Below the pieces are notes generated by a model that made no database searches, was not told where the DNA came from, and was given only the letters and a program-made list of their open reading frames with translations. From Chrysomallon squamiferum (lineage: Eukaryota > Animalia > Mollusca): DNA of 64,000 bases. Numbering within the stretch: the stretch's first letter is position 1; every line of letters starts with the position of its first letter. The translations under genes were made by a program, and so were the position numbers. The stretch spans positions 13,578,001-13,642,000 of the forward strand of contig CM022666.1 of the NCBI GenBank assembly GCA_012295275.1, written 5' to 3'. Of this stretch, positions 25,302 to 39,728 are shown one piece after another.

Positions 25302-27835
25302 TTTTATATATTTTTTATTTATTAATTTATTAAATTATTTATTCATTTCAATATTAAATCCTTTTTTTAATATTTTTTTTTATCTGATTTGATTTTTTTT
25401 CTTTCTTTGATCTCATTATTTGCCTTATACGTACAAAATACATTTGGAGTCAAATTTATTTGTGTGTGTTCAAAAATCTAAAAAATATCTTTCTTTATTT
25501 TAATCATGTCTTTTCCAATTTAACAGATAAACTTTAAATTCATTCTACCATCAACCACAACTTGTGTTTTATCTTTGTTATCTTTTGTTATCTTTATTTT
25601 CAGTTGTGTCGCAAAGTCTTTCTCGGTTTGTATGACAGCCAGGCGTGGCCTGAACCTGACTCCAGAGACGAGCAGAGAGTGCGCGAGTTCATGGTACAAA
25701 AGTACGAAAACAAACGCTGGTATGTGGCTCCGACAGAATCAATGAAAGAAGAAGCTCGACGGATGAATGAAGTGTCAGTGAACAAGACAGGAACCAAACC
25801 TCTGAGAACTCTTTTGGGAGACAACACGCCGAAACTAGTGGTTGAAAATCATCAGGTATTTCACAGTTTTCTAACATGCCCAGATAACAGCACTGGCTGC
25901 TTCTGTCTGCTTGTTAGCAAAAATTCACTGTGTTTTGGACTTCAGTAAATACATTTTTTTTTCTTGATCCAGTTAGAGTTAATCTGCCATTCCATTTTTG
26001 GGGCTGTTTTTAATGTTAAATTGTTGATTATACTGTATATTAAAAGCAAGCAACAGTTTAAAAAAGTTAAAGTAAAACAAAATGCTTACAAACACACACA
26101 CACACACAGACAAACACATATAGATATATATACATATATATACACACACATATACATGCATACCTTACACAAAATGTAATGAAAAACATAAATTGGTTGA
26201 TCCATAGAATGATATTCTTTACTGATTAATGTCAGTCATGGAACAATTTTCTTAACACTTTCACTTCATCTGCAAAATATCCATTAGTGGTAAGTACTTT
26301 TATCTCATTACTTTAATCACCAACCAGAGGCAAACCCAGGTCTGATCACTTTTTCTATGATTATGTCTTAATTAATATCATAGCCTGTGTGGAAATGATA
26401 GTCAGTTCTTTACTTGCCCATCCTCTTTCTCTAAGGTTTCAAAATTTTATAATTATCACATATGTCTGAATAGATTAATGTTATAAAATAATCAGAGAGA
26501 GAGAGAAAAAAAGTATTTTAAAAAAAGTAAAAAATAAAGTAAAAAGTAAAAAACTGAAAGGTACAAAGGATGTTCCATTATTTAAAGTTAATTTGACTTT
26601 AGCACTATTGTTATTTTTGAAATATGTACTTATTACTTTTTGTTCTAGCTGAAATTAATTACATATTATCTAATATTTGCCACATTTTATCAACATAACT
26701 TGGGATAAATGAACCATGATCATTGAAAACATAAAAATGCAGTATGTGTTGCATTCTGCATAGATGTCTGCATATACTGATTAATATTTTGAACCTTGAT
26801 TGAGATATAATGACTAACTATTCCTCTCTTAAACATGACAATAATGTGTTGTATTAGGAAACAAATATAAATCCCAAAGCAATAAATGAATAAAATTATT
26901 ATATATTATTATATATAAGTACGTATAAGCTCATGGAAACAGTTTATTTTTACAACAATTTACTTTCTATCTTCAGTCACCCCAGATGAACAGACCAAAC
27001 CTTCCTATTAGTTCAGCCTCTGTAGGAATACCTGCAGCAGCAGCTACAGCAGCAGCAACAGCAACAGCAGTGCCTCCAGCACAGCCGAAGCCACAGACTA
27101 CTGGCTTTGATTTACTGGGGGACATCGGAGGGGACCCGTTTGCCAGCACCCCCCCAGCCACTTCAGGTACACTGACATTTGTGATTATCACAAAACATAC
27201 GTATTTAGTGAAAACAGTAATTAATATTTGGTTTTAGAAAATTGTAAAATATTTTTTTAGGATAATTTTATGAAAGATGTTTTGATTATACAGACTCCAC
27301 ATGCCTGCATGAGCACGTAGAGATACACATAAAACTAACAATATTTATTAAAAATAATTCCAAAAACAGCATTTTTATTTTTATTGTTTATTTTTTATTG
27401 TATATATATATATATAGGGAGCTGATTTGATCATACATGCAACTGAATACATATCATAATAATGCTTTCAGTTGCATTTAAATTAAATAAATTTATGTAG
27501 TGATATAACAAGATATTGTAGTTACCGTTTAACTGTTTGAACCTTGGATTATGATAATTGTAATCACTGGAAATATGTTAATTTGAACATGGGCTTGTCC
27601 AGTAGCTGATAAACTTCAGATAACCTGCATATTTGTTTTGAAAATTAGAATGATACAAATGTGATACATGTATCTTTCAATGTTTTTGTGTATTTTAGCC
27701 TCTACTGATAACATATTAAAGATAGACATTTTTGTATATAAAGAATTTGTGTGTGTATATACTTTATGACACATACACACACAAATTTGTGGTGGACATG
27801 TGTAATATGTGTAACTATATGGGTGGTTTGGTGGA

Positions 27836-27915
<80 letters not shown>

Positions 27916-28570
27916 CCGTGATTGGTATGTACTGTCCTGCAAACTGGATCTTGTTACGATGATGAGAAAACTATAGCATTTTCAATCTGATATTGACCAG
28001 ACTTAACAAACATTTGATAGCCAGTTATAGTAAATTAATGAGACATTTAAAAAAAAAAAAAAACTATTTCTTTATGATTCAGGGGGAGGAGGAGGAGATG
28101 GAGGGTTTGCTGACTTTGCCAATTTTAACAGCCAGCCTCCAGCCCAGCCTGCTCAGACGTCAACACCTGCATTCCCCATCTCTTCAGGTAACTGATATTT
28201 TACACCTGCGAAAAGTAGTGTTATACTACAGAGATGTGCTGTTTACAGATACCTGTTCATGTTCTGTATATGTGTTTTTGTGCTTGTGTTTATTTCCATT
28301 CAGGCTTTTCCCCATCTCTTCAGGTAAATGACATTTTACACCTTGTATCATACTAATTATACAGAGATGTACTGTTTACAAATACCTGTTCATGTTCTGT
28401 ATATGTGTGCTTGTGTTTATTTCCATTCAGGATTTTTTACAGCATGTGGTTTTTTTTTCATTTGGGTGTGTGTTAAGCATAAAAATGCTTTAAAGAAAAA
28501 GTTCAGATTTTTTAAAATTTTATTTATTTATTCACTTATTATTATTATTTATTATTATTATTATTATTTA

Positions 28571-28647
<77 letters not shown>

Positions 28648-30305
28648 TCTTGATTCAGTCAAAAATAAAAACCTTATTTTCCCAAACCCAGTATCTTATT
28701 TCGTTTGAAATGTTGAAATTATAAAAAAATGAATGAAAACGTTACAAATCTTCTTCTCTTACTTCAGCTCCTCTCCAGCCAATGGGGAGTGGGGCGGGAA
28801 TTTCCACTGCTGCCGCCCCAGCTCAGACAACATCATTCCCCACCACTACAGCATCGTCAGGCGACAAATATGCCGCACTCGCTGAACTGTTCGGTTCCTC
28901 CTCCAGTTCCAACAGCACCACGCCCGTCACTCAGGTGCAGTGGTCTGGCTCCAGCGTCAACGACAGCACCCTGAACTGGAGTGGAGCCTCAGCAAACAAT
29001 AAAGGGGGTAGCTCCATTAACTGGACTGGCAGCAGTGTGCCGGCAAGCAGTGGGAGTTCGTCGCTAGGATGGAACAGCCAGCCGTCTGCACAGACTAATA
29101 CTTCGGCTGGCTTCGGTGCTGTTAGTACAGGTAAGATGAAATAATTTTAAAATTTTTATTTTTTTATTTTTTTTTTAATAAAATGATGTGGAATGTGGAA
29201 AATATTTTGAGTTTTGAAGATGTCTGTTGTTATTTTAGTAATTTTTATATCATTTGAGAGAGTATAAAGTTGTGTGTGTGTGTGTGTTCTAGGGATTGGT
29301 GAATTGAGGAGAAATAGTATCTTTGAGAGTCAGAGAAAGGTAGAGAGAGGGATAGGAGGAAAGGAAATATAAAAAAACAGTGTGAAAGTAAGAGAGATAG
29401 AGAAGGAAAGGAGATAAAAAAAAACCACAACTGTTTTTCAGAATCTGATTAATACGTGTTTGTGTTTTTCAGAGTCGTATTTAGCTTCTTTTTGAAAGCC
29501 ATTACCGTATGATTGTTTTTCTTATAAATTATTTTTTATGTGCTTATTTGTCTGCAAAAAAGTGCAAAATAAAAAATCTAAATTTCTTGTTTCTCACTAC
29601 TAAGAATAGCTTGGGTTTACTTTTGTCATATCATTATAACAAAAGTCATGTATTTTATTTTTAATGACATTTGAAATATGTTGGCAAGATATTCATTCAT
29701 TTTTGCAGGTACTAGGGTAGTGTCATGTCATGCTTTTAACAGTTAGGTTAAAATTTATTTCATTATTTTAATTCTTTTGTAATACACAACTCACTTAATT
29801 AAATACAGTTTGAAGAAGGGTTGTTTTCTTCTTGTTTCTTTTCTTATTATTTATCATGACTTAAGCTTTGAATGAAATCATCAGATTTGAATTCTTTTGG
29901 TGGCAAAACAAACTCTCTCTCAGAATATTTCTTTCTTTAAGGATTTTCAAGCTTTTCAGTTCCATTCTGCAGACAAAATATGAATGAAATAGCTTATTTT
30001 CTGATCATGTTGTTTCCAAATTATTCTTTATTCTGAAATAAATGAAAACTTTATTTTTAAACTGTATGCAGAAAATATTTTCAAACCTGATGGATAATTT
30101 TCAGGTGTTTTTGTTTTGTTTTGTTATTGTTTTGTTGCATTTTTTATTATTTTATTTCATATTTTTTTTTTTTTTTTTTTCAAGTTTTTGTTTAGTTTCC
30201 ATTTCTTTTTTTTTAATCTGCATAATCTTCTAAATGTACACTTCAGTTTTTCTTTTGTTCCTTTTTTGATGAGAAATAGCTATTGAGTTACTTAATTTTA
30301 TTTCT

Positions 30306-30336
<31 letters not shown>

Positions 30337-33300
30337 TAATAATAATAATAATAATGATAATAATTAAATAAAAATGAGTGGTTTAGTTTTCAAACCAGCT
30401 TTAAGTTTAACACTTTTTCTTCACAGGGTTTATTTAAATTAATTTCTAAAAATCATTTTTAAAAGCCTTCATTCTGTTTCATCAAGATTCACTATATAAA
30501 TTTCATATATCATATATTTAGGCTGTTTAAAGTTAATAGAATTTTTTGAAATGTGAAAATTTGGAGTATCTATCTGCTTTATGGACTTACAAGATAACTG
30601 ATAGTTATGAAGTACAAAACTCTTAGAAGAAACATACGAAAACAGGAACTGTTTGAAAAAATTAAAGATGATGATTATAATAAATAAATAAATAAATAAA
30701 ATGAAAATAATAATAATAATAATAAACTAATGAAGAAAATCGTAATCATTGCTCATAAGAATATTCACATATATGAACATCATTTAAAAACTGCCATCAA
30801 GCAATCTACCATTATGTCTTGATTAATGTTCATTGATGTTTATTTTGTTGCAATGTCAGATATACAGAAAAGAACAAATCTATTAGGAACACCAGGAAAT
30901 CCTTTTCTATCGACTGGTAAACTTTGAAACTTTGCATGGCCGATATTTCTTTTCATTTGTCTTGTTTCTTTTCTTTTTAAATTCTTTTCATTTTTGTTTC
31001 ATTCTTGAATGTATTTGCTTTGTTCAAGATTTTCTCCATATTTGTATTTATTTATTTATTTATTTTGTTTATTTATTTAGTTTATTTATTTTGTTTGTGT
31101 TTTGTTATATCTACTGTCTATAAAAGTATCTAATGCCAAATGTCTTGCATAGGATACTAAATTACAAATATATATAGATATATATAGACACATACACAAA
31201 TAAAATATATTATTTATTTATTGTTATTAATGTTTTTTTGGTCCTGACAAATAATCAATATGTTATGAATGTAGCAAACGTTTAATATTTTATGAGTCTC
31301 TATGTCTGAAAAATGTGTTCCTGTTATGAACATGTAAATACAGTTTATACTTAGAGTGTGATAGTTGAAAATAATGAGTAACTGTTTTAAAAAGTCTGTC
31401 CACAGTTGGTTAATATGAATAAATGCATACTGATGAAATTCTGAATAATCTGTCAGTGTATATTTAGAAAGTGCTTGTTTGTTTTTGTTTAAGATACAGT
31501 AAGAATTCATATAAAAATTAATATTAAAGAAATGTAAGCTTATTGTATATTTTATCACAAAGAAAATTTATATTGTTATAGTGTTTATTGGAAATTTCAT
31601 TATGTGTAACATTCTTGAAAGCAGAAGCTAAAAAATAAAAATAATTCTGAAATAATTTTTATTATCACATACTGTGAAAAGTATTTTAATAAAGATTGTT
31701 TCTCATTAGAAAACTATAATAAATATTCCTTTACAAATCTGACTGGTCATTTTAAATCTGATTAGGTTCTCTGAAGTAGACTGGTTTTATGTGAGAGTGT
31801 GAGGAGCAATATTGGAAACCTGTGTTGTGTTTCCCTGGTTACCAGCCACATCCTGGCATTTAGTTCCAGACATTTCTAGATTGAGGCTCGTAGTCTAATC
31901 ATACCATTCCTGAAATCTGTACTTATTGTTAGAAGACTAGAATAAAGATCTGATTAATTTTTTTTACTGAACTTGGTTCTGGTATGTGTTCTTCATACCT
32001 AGACATTTTTAGTCCCATTGTTTAACCACAGTAATACATAGGCTGCTCTGAAATCTCTGTAAAACTGGCTGAAGTTAAGACTAAGAGTCTTGTCCTAAAA
32101 TCTGTATAAAATTGTATTAGATATTCTAAAATCCTAATGTAACTGTGTCTCAAATTACTGTTTTTAATATTAACTCTACTTCAAGGCACATTTATATTTA
32201 TTGATATATTAAAATCAAACTGATTAGACATTAAAGGTATTTTTGTTTCTGGTGTGTTGTGTGTTTGCATGCTTGTAAGTTTTTTTCAGTATCTACTTTT
32301 ATTAACAGTTTGATTTATATACTGTTTTAACATGTTATTTTTTATGACTGCTGATGCTACTGATATCTGGACAGCATGTGTTTGTACACATTGCAACTTG
32401 AATACTCTGTCAAGCTTAAAATTAATTAGCTATTCACAATTACTGCTTTTGTAAACTTAGAAATTTATTAAGTCTTTTTTCTAGATTTTTAAATTTTAAA
32501 TTTTATTTAAATATTGATGCTGAAATCAATGATTTTGTTTTTCTTGGTTGTTTGTTTTTTAAAAATAAAAAAATTCAAAATTCAAAAATTGATTTGTGAA
32601 ATAATTAATACATTATGTATATGTTTACAAACATTTCTAGTCTGTTAACTCAGTGTGTACCAGATTTAGTCTGTTAAAATTAATTTTTTGAATGTATGCA
32701 AAAATAGAATTTTTCTTCATATTTGTAAAATGTTGTATCCAGTGATGATCAGAATAAAATCTTTGTTCAGTGACAAACATTCAAAAACTTCAAATATTAT
32801 TCGAGTTAGACAACACAAATATTCAAGACTGTTACTCGTTACAGTCTTGAATAAGTTCTAATTAATATTTGTTTTTCGCAGTTACTGCTTACTATTGGCC
32901 TTGTTGTGAATATGTATATATTATATTTCAGCTACCATGAGTGTATTAGAAACAGCATGAAACTGTTAACTAAGTTCTTTATAAGTTTTTATTCTTATTC
33001 ATGACTGCTGTGTCTTTTGATTTTTCTAATGATTTGTCTTACGATAGAGGTGTGTATCTGCATGTAGATGTGTTTGACAACATTTATAAAGGGTTCCTCT
33101 GATGGTCTTCACGAATATCTAAATCTGATAAATCACTGTTTTTGGATCCAATCTTTACTGACAGTAAAGTCTGATGATAATATTTAATGAGCTTGTGAGG
33201 CAGATGTTTTCCACTTTGTTGTCATCTTTTGTACAGAGAAACAAAACAAGATTAAGACATTCAGTGATACATAAGACAAATTGTAAATCTTTAAATCTAT

Positions 33301-35018
33301 TTTCATGTCATAGTTAACAGAAAATACCAAACTCATTACATCTTCACAAGTTTATTATCATACTTTATTGTTAGCAAAGTGGTATCCTGTATTCGGGAGC
33401 ACTTCAGAGCATACTAAATGTATTTTAGTTGTTTATACCATCACAGGTATACGTTCAAAATATTAGTAATGCAAGCAGGACTGAATATTAATCAGTTGTT
33501 TTATCAGTCTTTTATCTGAACAAAAAATATCTTTGTAATGCTAATGAAAGCAGATTTAATAAAAATTATGAAAGTAAAGAAAATAATTACACAACATAAA
33601 ATTAAATGTAAGGACCATAGCTGTTACTGATAAGATCCGTTACAAGTTTTAAAAAAATGAAAAAAAGAAGTAATAATGATGATGATAGTAGTAGTAGCAG
33701 TAATAAAATTAATAATAAATAAATGAAAAAAAGAAAATCAAACAAACATTATTTTCATCTATCTTAGAAATTATACAGTGACGATAAATTTTTTTTTTAG
33801 AAAAAAATGAATAAAATAAAAAAAATTTTACTTCTTTTTATGTGATCCTGTATATTACATAACAACATTTACATTAACTAAATATAAAAATCATCAATAA
33901 GACTTATTAAAATACATATGTGAGAAAGACTTCATTTTTGTATATATATATATTTTTTCATTTCAGCTGCAAATCCTTTTGGAGGCACAACCAGTGTAGC
34001 TCAGCCGCAGGTGACCCTGGGAACCCAGCCGAACCCGTTTGGGAGTGTCGCGCCGGTCCAGCCCGCGTTTGGTCAGCCCGCAGCTACAGTCGGAGTCCCC
34101 CCAGCCTTCGGTCAGCCAGCGGCCAGTGTGGGTGGCTTTGGTCAGTTCGGGGTCACTCCTCCACAGACAATGGCCAGTGGGTACGGGCAGTTCGGAATTC
34201 AAAACGGTGGGTTTGGAACGACCGCGGGGACGTTTGGGATCACACAGGTGCCGCCAGCCGTGGGTGGGGCCGCAGCGACCGCACCCGTTTTCGGTGGGCA
34301 GGGGTTTGGTGTGGCTGCCCAGCCTGCAGTATTTGGGGCACAACCAGCGGCTGCCTTTGGTGGACCTGCGTGGGCTGGACAGGTTCCTGCGACACAAGCC
34401 GGCAATCCTTTCATGGTGAGTTGATGTGTTTGTAAAAAAGGGGAAGCCATTTCTACCCAGAAGCTGTTTGTAACTAACGAATACATAAATTTGTCAAACT
34501 GAGAATGTTAAACAAGTTATTGTTTCTGGTTTGTTAACAGTCTTTGGTTGAGTTTTATGCCTTTTCATTTGTATTTATTGCGGCTGAATTTTAAGTTAAT
34601 AATGAGTTTAAGTAGTATGTATCTTTGTTGATCTTTTTTCTTTCTTGTTTTTGTTAAAAACCAATGTGAAAATAATTATGAATGAGATACGTTTTTGTTC
34701 AGAAATCAATTTTATTATAATGTAGTCTTGGCCAGTTGTTAGTTTTATTAATTTTGAATTTTATTTTTCACTTGTGGTTTTTTTTTTTTTCTGAATACGT
34801 TTTTAATTATATAGCAACATGTGTTTAGTTTATTTCATTTGTAAAAGTATTATACTATTTTTCTGAATTATAATATTTAAAAGCATTTATTTAAATAATA
34901 TTTTATGTAATTTATATATACTACTTATTTATTTATTTATTTATTTATTTTGTTTCAGAATGCTGCCACTCAGCAACAAATTCCACCACGAAGCAGTGCG
35001 ACAAATCCATTCTTGTGA
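17765..35018 (+). CDS. AGFG1: Arf-GAP domain and FG-repeat protein 1 (HRB/RIP/drongo-like)
   Basis: Exons 17765-17928 (MASNKRKQDEKHLKMLREM..CFDCHQRGPTYVDMTIGSFVCTSCSGIL), 23551-23644 (RGLNPPHRVKSISM), 25604-25855 (FMVQKYENKRWYV..KPLRTLLG), 26977-27166 (DLLGDIGGDPF), 28083-28187 (FADFANF), 28768-29130 (DKYAALAEL), 30860-30916 (GNPF), 33967-34415 (FG/NPF repeats) and 34959-35018 (SSATNPFL*). All are GT-AG and in phase. Confidence 0.96.
20278..20530. repeat. (TATG/TG)n microsatellite in AGFG1 intron 1
   Basis: Directly visible; the source of four spurious ORFs. Confidence 0.9.
28171..28431 (+). repeat. ~130-bp tandem duplication that includes the AGFG1 exon 5 donor
   Basis: TCCCCATCTCTTCAGGTAA...TACAGAGATGT...ATACCTGTTCATGTTCTGTATATGTG...TGCTTGTGTTTATTTCCATTCAGG occurs twice in tandem. 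Confidence 0.85.
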
Positions 35019-35399
35019 TTAGCATTATTATGACACTTAACTAGTAGGTTAATAAATTGGGCACAACTGTTACAGTAGGCATGGACTGGACGCTTGGAAC
35101 GGTATACCTCAGAAAAAAATCATTTCCCTTTTTCTTAGGAATACTTAACTACTGTGGTGATGACAGTTATGATGAAAATTTAAAACACATTGGATGCTTG
35201 AAAAAAAAAAAACAAACAACAACTGCACTTTTTGTGATAACAATTAAATCTTCAGTTGCCATAGTAGTGTGTTGTTACTGTGTGTGCGAGTGTTGCCCAT
35301 GGTGATATTTCTCTTTTGTGATGGTTGAATATATTGTTTGTCCAACACAGAAAGCAAGGTGTATTTGTACATAACATATTTACATATATATATTATATA

Positions 35400-35430
<31 letters not shown>

Positions 35431-35984
35431 CTACTCATGATGCAGCTCTGTAAAGTCATGTGGGTCCCTTTCAAGCAGCACTGGGTAGGGTTCATGTTTT
35501 CATTTGTTAAATGCAGTGAAGTCTAGTTTATTTTATTTCTGATTAAAAAAAATAAAAACATTGAAAAGAACAAAGATCCTGCTTCCATAATTAGATATGC
35601 TTGTTCGTTGCTTTCGTCACATTTGTTAAAAAAAAAAAAAAAAAGAAAAAAAAAAAGAGCTACTAAATGTTTTGTAAGTTTTCAGTGAAAAAGCAGTGTA
35701 GACAGTGTAGAGAGAGAGAGAGCTGTGCTGTATGTGAATACTGTGTCTTCTATGTGAATCAGCAAATAAAAACTCTTGAAGAAGAAAATTATTCTACATT
35801 TTTACCTCTGTCTCAAACTCTACAGTTTTTAATTTGGCTTTTTATCTCGATACTGAAGTGATAAAATTGCAGTTAGCTAAGTCCCTCTAATATTTCTTTA
35901 AATGGTCTCTGCAAAAATACATATAGTAAAATAATAATTTATACATAGAGTGAAATAATAATTTATACATATAGTGAAATAATA

Positions 35985-36023
<39 letters not shown>

Positions 36024-36394
36024 TATATATATATATATTTATAATATTATTATTATTATTATTTTACTTTATACATATTATATTTTCACACACGTACACA
36101 TATTTGAAATTCTGAATCTATGTTACCAAGGTAATAATCTGTTTTTGTTCATTATCTGGTATAAATTTGTATACATTTCTAACTTGCCAAATGACGTACA
36201 GTTAAAATGGCACTGACTTTGGTCAGTTATGATTTGGTACCTATAAATCATCATCTTTAAAAAAAAAAAAAAAAAAAAAAATGTATTATCTTTGTGCACT
36301 GGTTGCATAACTCAAGTGTTAACACTACAGAATAAACCATTTATATCTCCCTGTCATAGCATTTAATACAATCATTATATTTTATTAGTAGTGA

Positions 36395-36675
36395 ATGGCA
36401 AAAAGAATTTCTTGATGTTGAACATATTTATTTATGTAACTAGACAAGAAACATGTTATCAGTATTTAGTAAAAAACAGATTCTTGATATTTGTTTATGT
36501 AAGTGGAGAAGAATCTTGTTAACAGTATTTAGTAAAGAAAATTCTTGATAATGATTATATTTATTTGTGTAACTGGAGGAGAATCTTGTTAATAGTATTT
36601 AGTAAAAAGAGATTCTCGATAATGATCATTTTTATTTATGTAATAATGAGAAACTTGGAAATAGTATTTTGTAAA
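36395..36675. repeat. Degenerate ~60-70-bp tandem repeat (about 4 copies) downstream of the AGFG1 stop
   Basis: Recurring ATTCTTGAT..TTTAT(G/T)TAAC..GAGAAGAATCTTGTTAA.AGTATTTAGTAAA. Confidence 0.7.
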
Positions 36676-38104
36676 TCTTTTTTCTTGAAAAAGTGTCAAA
36701 GCTACAGATAAATGATATCAAACATATTTCAGGCTACTAAAATATTGGGAGTGAACTGATTTAAAGTATACATGTGATTAAAAACTGAAGACTAAATATT
36801 AATATATATTATTTTATTTGTGTCTAAATGAAATATGAGAGTAAAAAAACTAATGAGAATACATTAAGACTACCATTTTAGTTTTGTTTTTATAATTTCT
36901 TGAAGATAGAAAAATTGGCTTGCTGTAATTAATTTACTGTAGCAGAATTTAAAATTGGCTTGCTATAATTAATTTGCTCTAGCCTGATTTCTTTAATTCT
37001 TTATCAAAAACTTTGTTTCTCTTCCAAATGACATCACAAAAAAAAAAAAAAAAACAAGACTGGAGTATTTTATTATTACATTTCATTGTTAGAAACTGGT
37101 GTTCACAAATAAATCTCTAGGTTGTTTTTTTTATAATTTTTTATGCTGTTTGTTCGTGCAAGCAGTAAATGTTAATTGTAAATCTTTCTATTGTTAACTA
37201 CAGTGATTACTCTCATGATGTAATGAAATACTTTTTTTCAGTTCATTATAATATTAAATGTTTAACTGTTTTCTTGTGGATTTGTACAAAAAAACCTGCA
37301 CAGGTAAAGATATATCGATTAGGATGTAACTACAAATGATCTGTACATATATTTCTTTTCCTTTCAAGTCAGTTTTGCTTTCTTGAGACCATGAATTCTA
37401 AATCTCTGATTTTCTTTTCTTTATTTTTCACTTTGCTCTGTCTCTAATGATTTTCCACATAACATGATCAGCTTAAGATTAAAATGGTGATTTTTCTTCA
37501 TTGGCACATTTAACCCTAGACACTGAATTGGGGATATTGTTGCAATACAGAGTAAAAAAATGTCATTCATATTCAAATAGTCGTACCTTTGCAAGCTATG
37601 TAGATTCATGTGGTATCAAAATCAAGCTTATAATGTTAGTAATATGAATATTTGCATAACCCAAATACTGTTTAATCTCTAATTTGATGTGAATGATAAA
37701 ACAAACATACATATACATTCCCCATTGTTATCTATTCAAATATCTTGGACAAACTTCATGAAATGATTTCTTTATTTTTACTGTAGATAATTGCTGGTAT
37801 TTATAATTAACTAGTCAGTGACTTTGAGATGAAAACGAGAAAAACATCAGTTAGCAACTGCAAAGTTCAAGTAATTTTGTGAAAGTTAAAACTGTTACAT
37901 CTTTTTTCTAAATATTCCTCTAATACCAATACTAGACTATTTAAATTTTAAACTAGGCCTTATTTAGATGGTTTCTGTTAATTATAATTTGGAAATATTC
38001 TGACAAAAAAGTTAGAGAGCATGAAAAGTGTTCATGTTTCAACCAACAGCACTCAGAAGATAGGCATCTTTGACATAACAGGCAAGATTAATTTATTTTC
38101 AGCT

Positions 38105-38460
38105 ATGACTATGGTGACAAACAGAAACCCATGTTTTTGTGACATGTATACTGTCATGTCCTTATGACATTGAGACTGTTGTATACTGGTGACATGTAGA
38201 CAGCAGAGACTCTTGTCTGTGACACATTGATACTGTGATGTCTCTGTGACACAGATGTCATGTTTACTGTGTCTTTGTGATGTACATACAGAATAGGAAA
38301 CTGTAACATCTGTTATTCCCTTCTGAAATGTAGAGATGTCTTGTCTTTATGACATGGAGACTGTCATACCATTGTGACAAATAGAGCTTGACTGTCTTAT
38401 CTTTGTGATGTAGAGATTGACATATCTGTGACCTAGAGGCTTACATCATTGTGACACAGA
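38105..38460. repeat. Degenerate minisatellite built on TGTGACA..GA.ACTGTCATGTC
   Basis: More than ten recurrences of TGTGAC/TATGAC/TGTGAT cores roughly every 20-30 nt. Confidence 0.65.
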
Positions 38461-39684
38461 TATTGCAAAGAACAATTATTTAATAATTCTTAAATTACAT
38501 TATAAGGAACAGTCAAAGATGCTGGGGTCAGGTCAGATATGACTGTGAGTTACAAGCTTAAACCAGTCAACTGAATGTTGATGTCTAATGTGACAGTAAA
38601 ATATTGATTTTGGCCTGACTTGTATTAGATACCCTGACTAACACTATTGAACGTTAAGTAATTTTTAAACTCTGTGTCAGTTTCTTCAGTATTATGGTTA
38701 TCTCTTGCTTTATTTAAACTTTAATTTTCTAGTATTCAGAATGATGACAATCATCTGTAAGTATTAATCTATGATTCCCTTTCAAAAGTTGTAGGTCTTT
38801 TTCAGTCAGTTTATTTAATATATTTAAGTTAATTGAACTTTGCTGTTTTTATTCACTTTGACACTTGAGTAGGCCAGATTGTCTTAGCTTCAGCTTTAAT
38901 TTTTTTTAAGTCATCAAACATAGGTTAGAAAAAAGCCTTTTGTTAATAAACTGGCTATCAATCATTCATTTTGCAGAAAAATTAAATTTCAATTTTTTTT
39001 TTTTTTTTTTTTTTTTGGTTTTTTCCCCTTCTTTATTAAAGTAGGAACATTCATTTCCATCATTTGTTGTTTCTGAGTTCTGTTTCAGCTCAATTGTTGC
39101 CACCATTGCTGTTTGTAAGTGTAGTAGTTTCCACCAATCACTGGCTCACTGTACTTTGATGTTATAACTGGTATTTCTCCACCAGAAGTGCAAACATTAT
39201 TCGGACATAACTTGTAATGTTTATGCTTATTCAGAAATTATAATAGTAAGATTATTGTTTCATACTTTTTCAGCCAGTAATTTTCTTAAGTGCAATATTT
39301 TTGCCCTGTATAATTCCAGAAATTTCTTCAACAAAGCATTAAACTAACAAAACAAACAAAAATCTTAATCTTTAGTTTAAACAGACATCCAGATGAAAAA
39401 ATCAACTTGTAAATAATTTATATGCTTCAAAAGGTGATTAGAAATACACAGAGGTTTGTACAAAAGGGAAATCATTTCATTGTTACAGAATGTTTTTAAA
39501 TAACAGTAACATGATGTAGCTTAGTATTGCTAGGAAAAAGTTATTTCAACCAAAGTCTTAGAATTCAGTAACATTTAATAGAATTGTGACAGATATAAAA
39601 CAGTTTTGTATTATTTATGCAAACCTTTATGTTTGTGTTCTAACTACAGAAACAAGATTTATTTTAGGACTAAAAGTATGAAAA

Positions 39685-39728
<44 letters not shown>

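Noticed and set aside
33920-34486. Multiple overlapping ORFs on both strands
   Set aside because: They are a by-product of the GC-rich FG/NPF exon of AGFG1.
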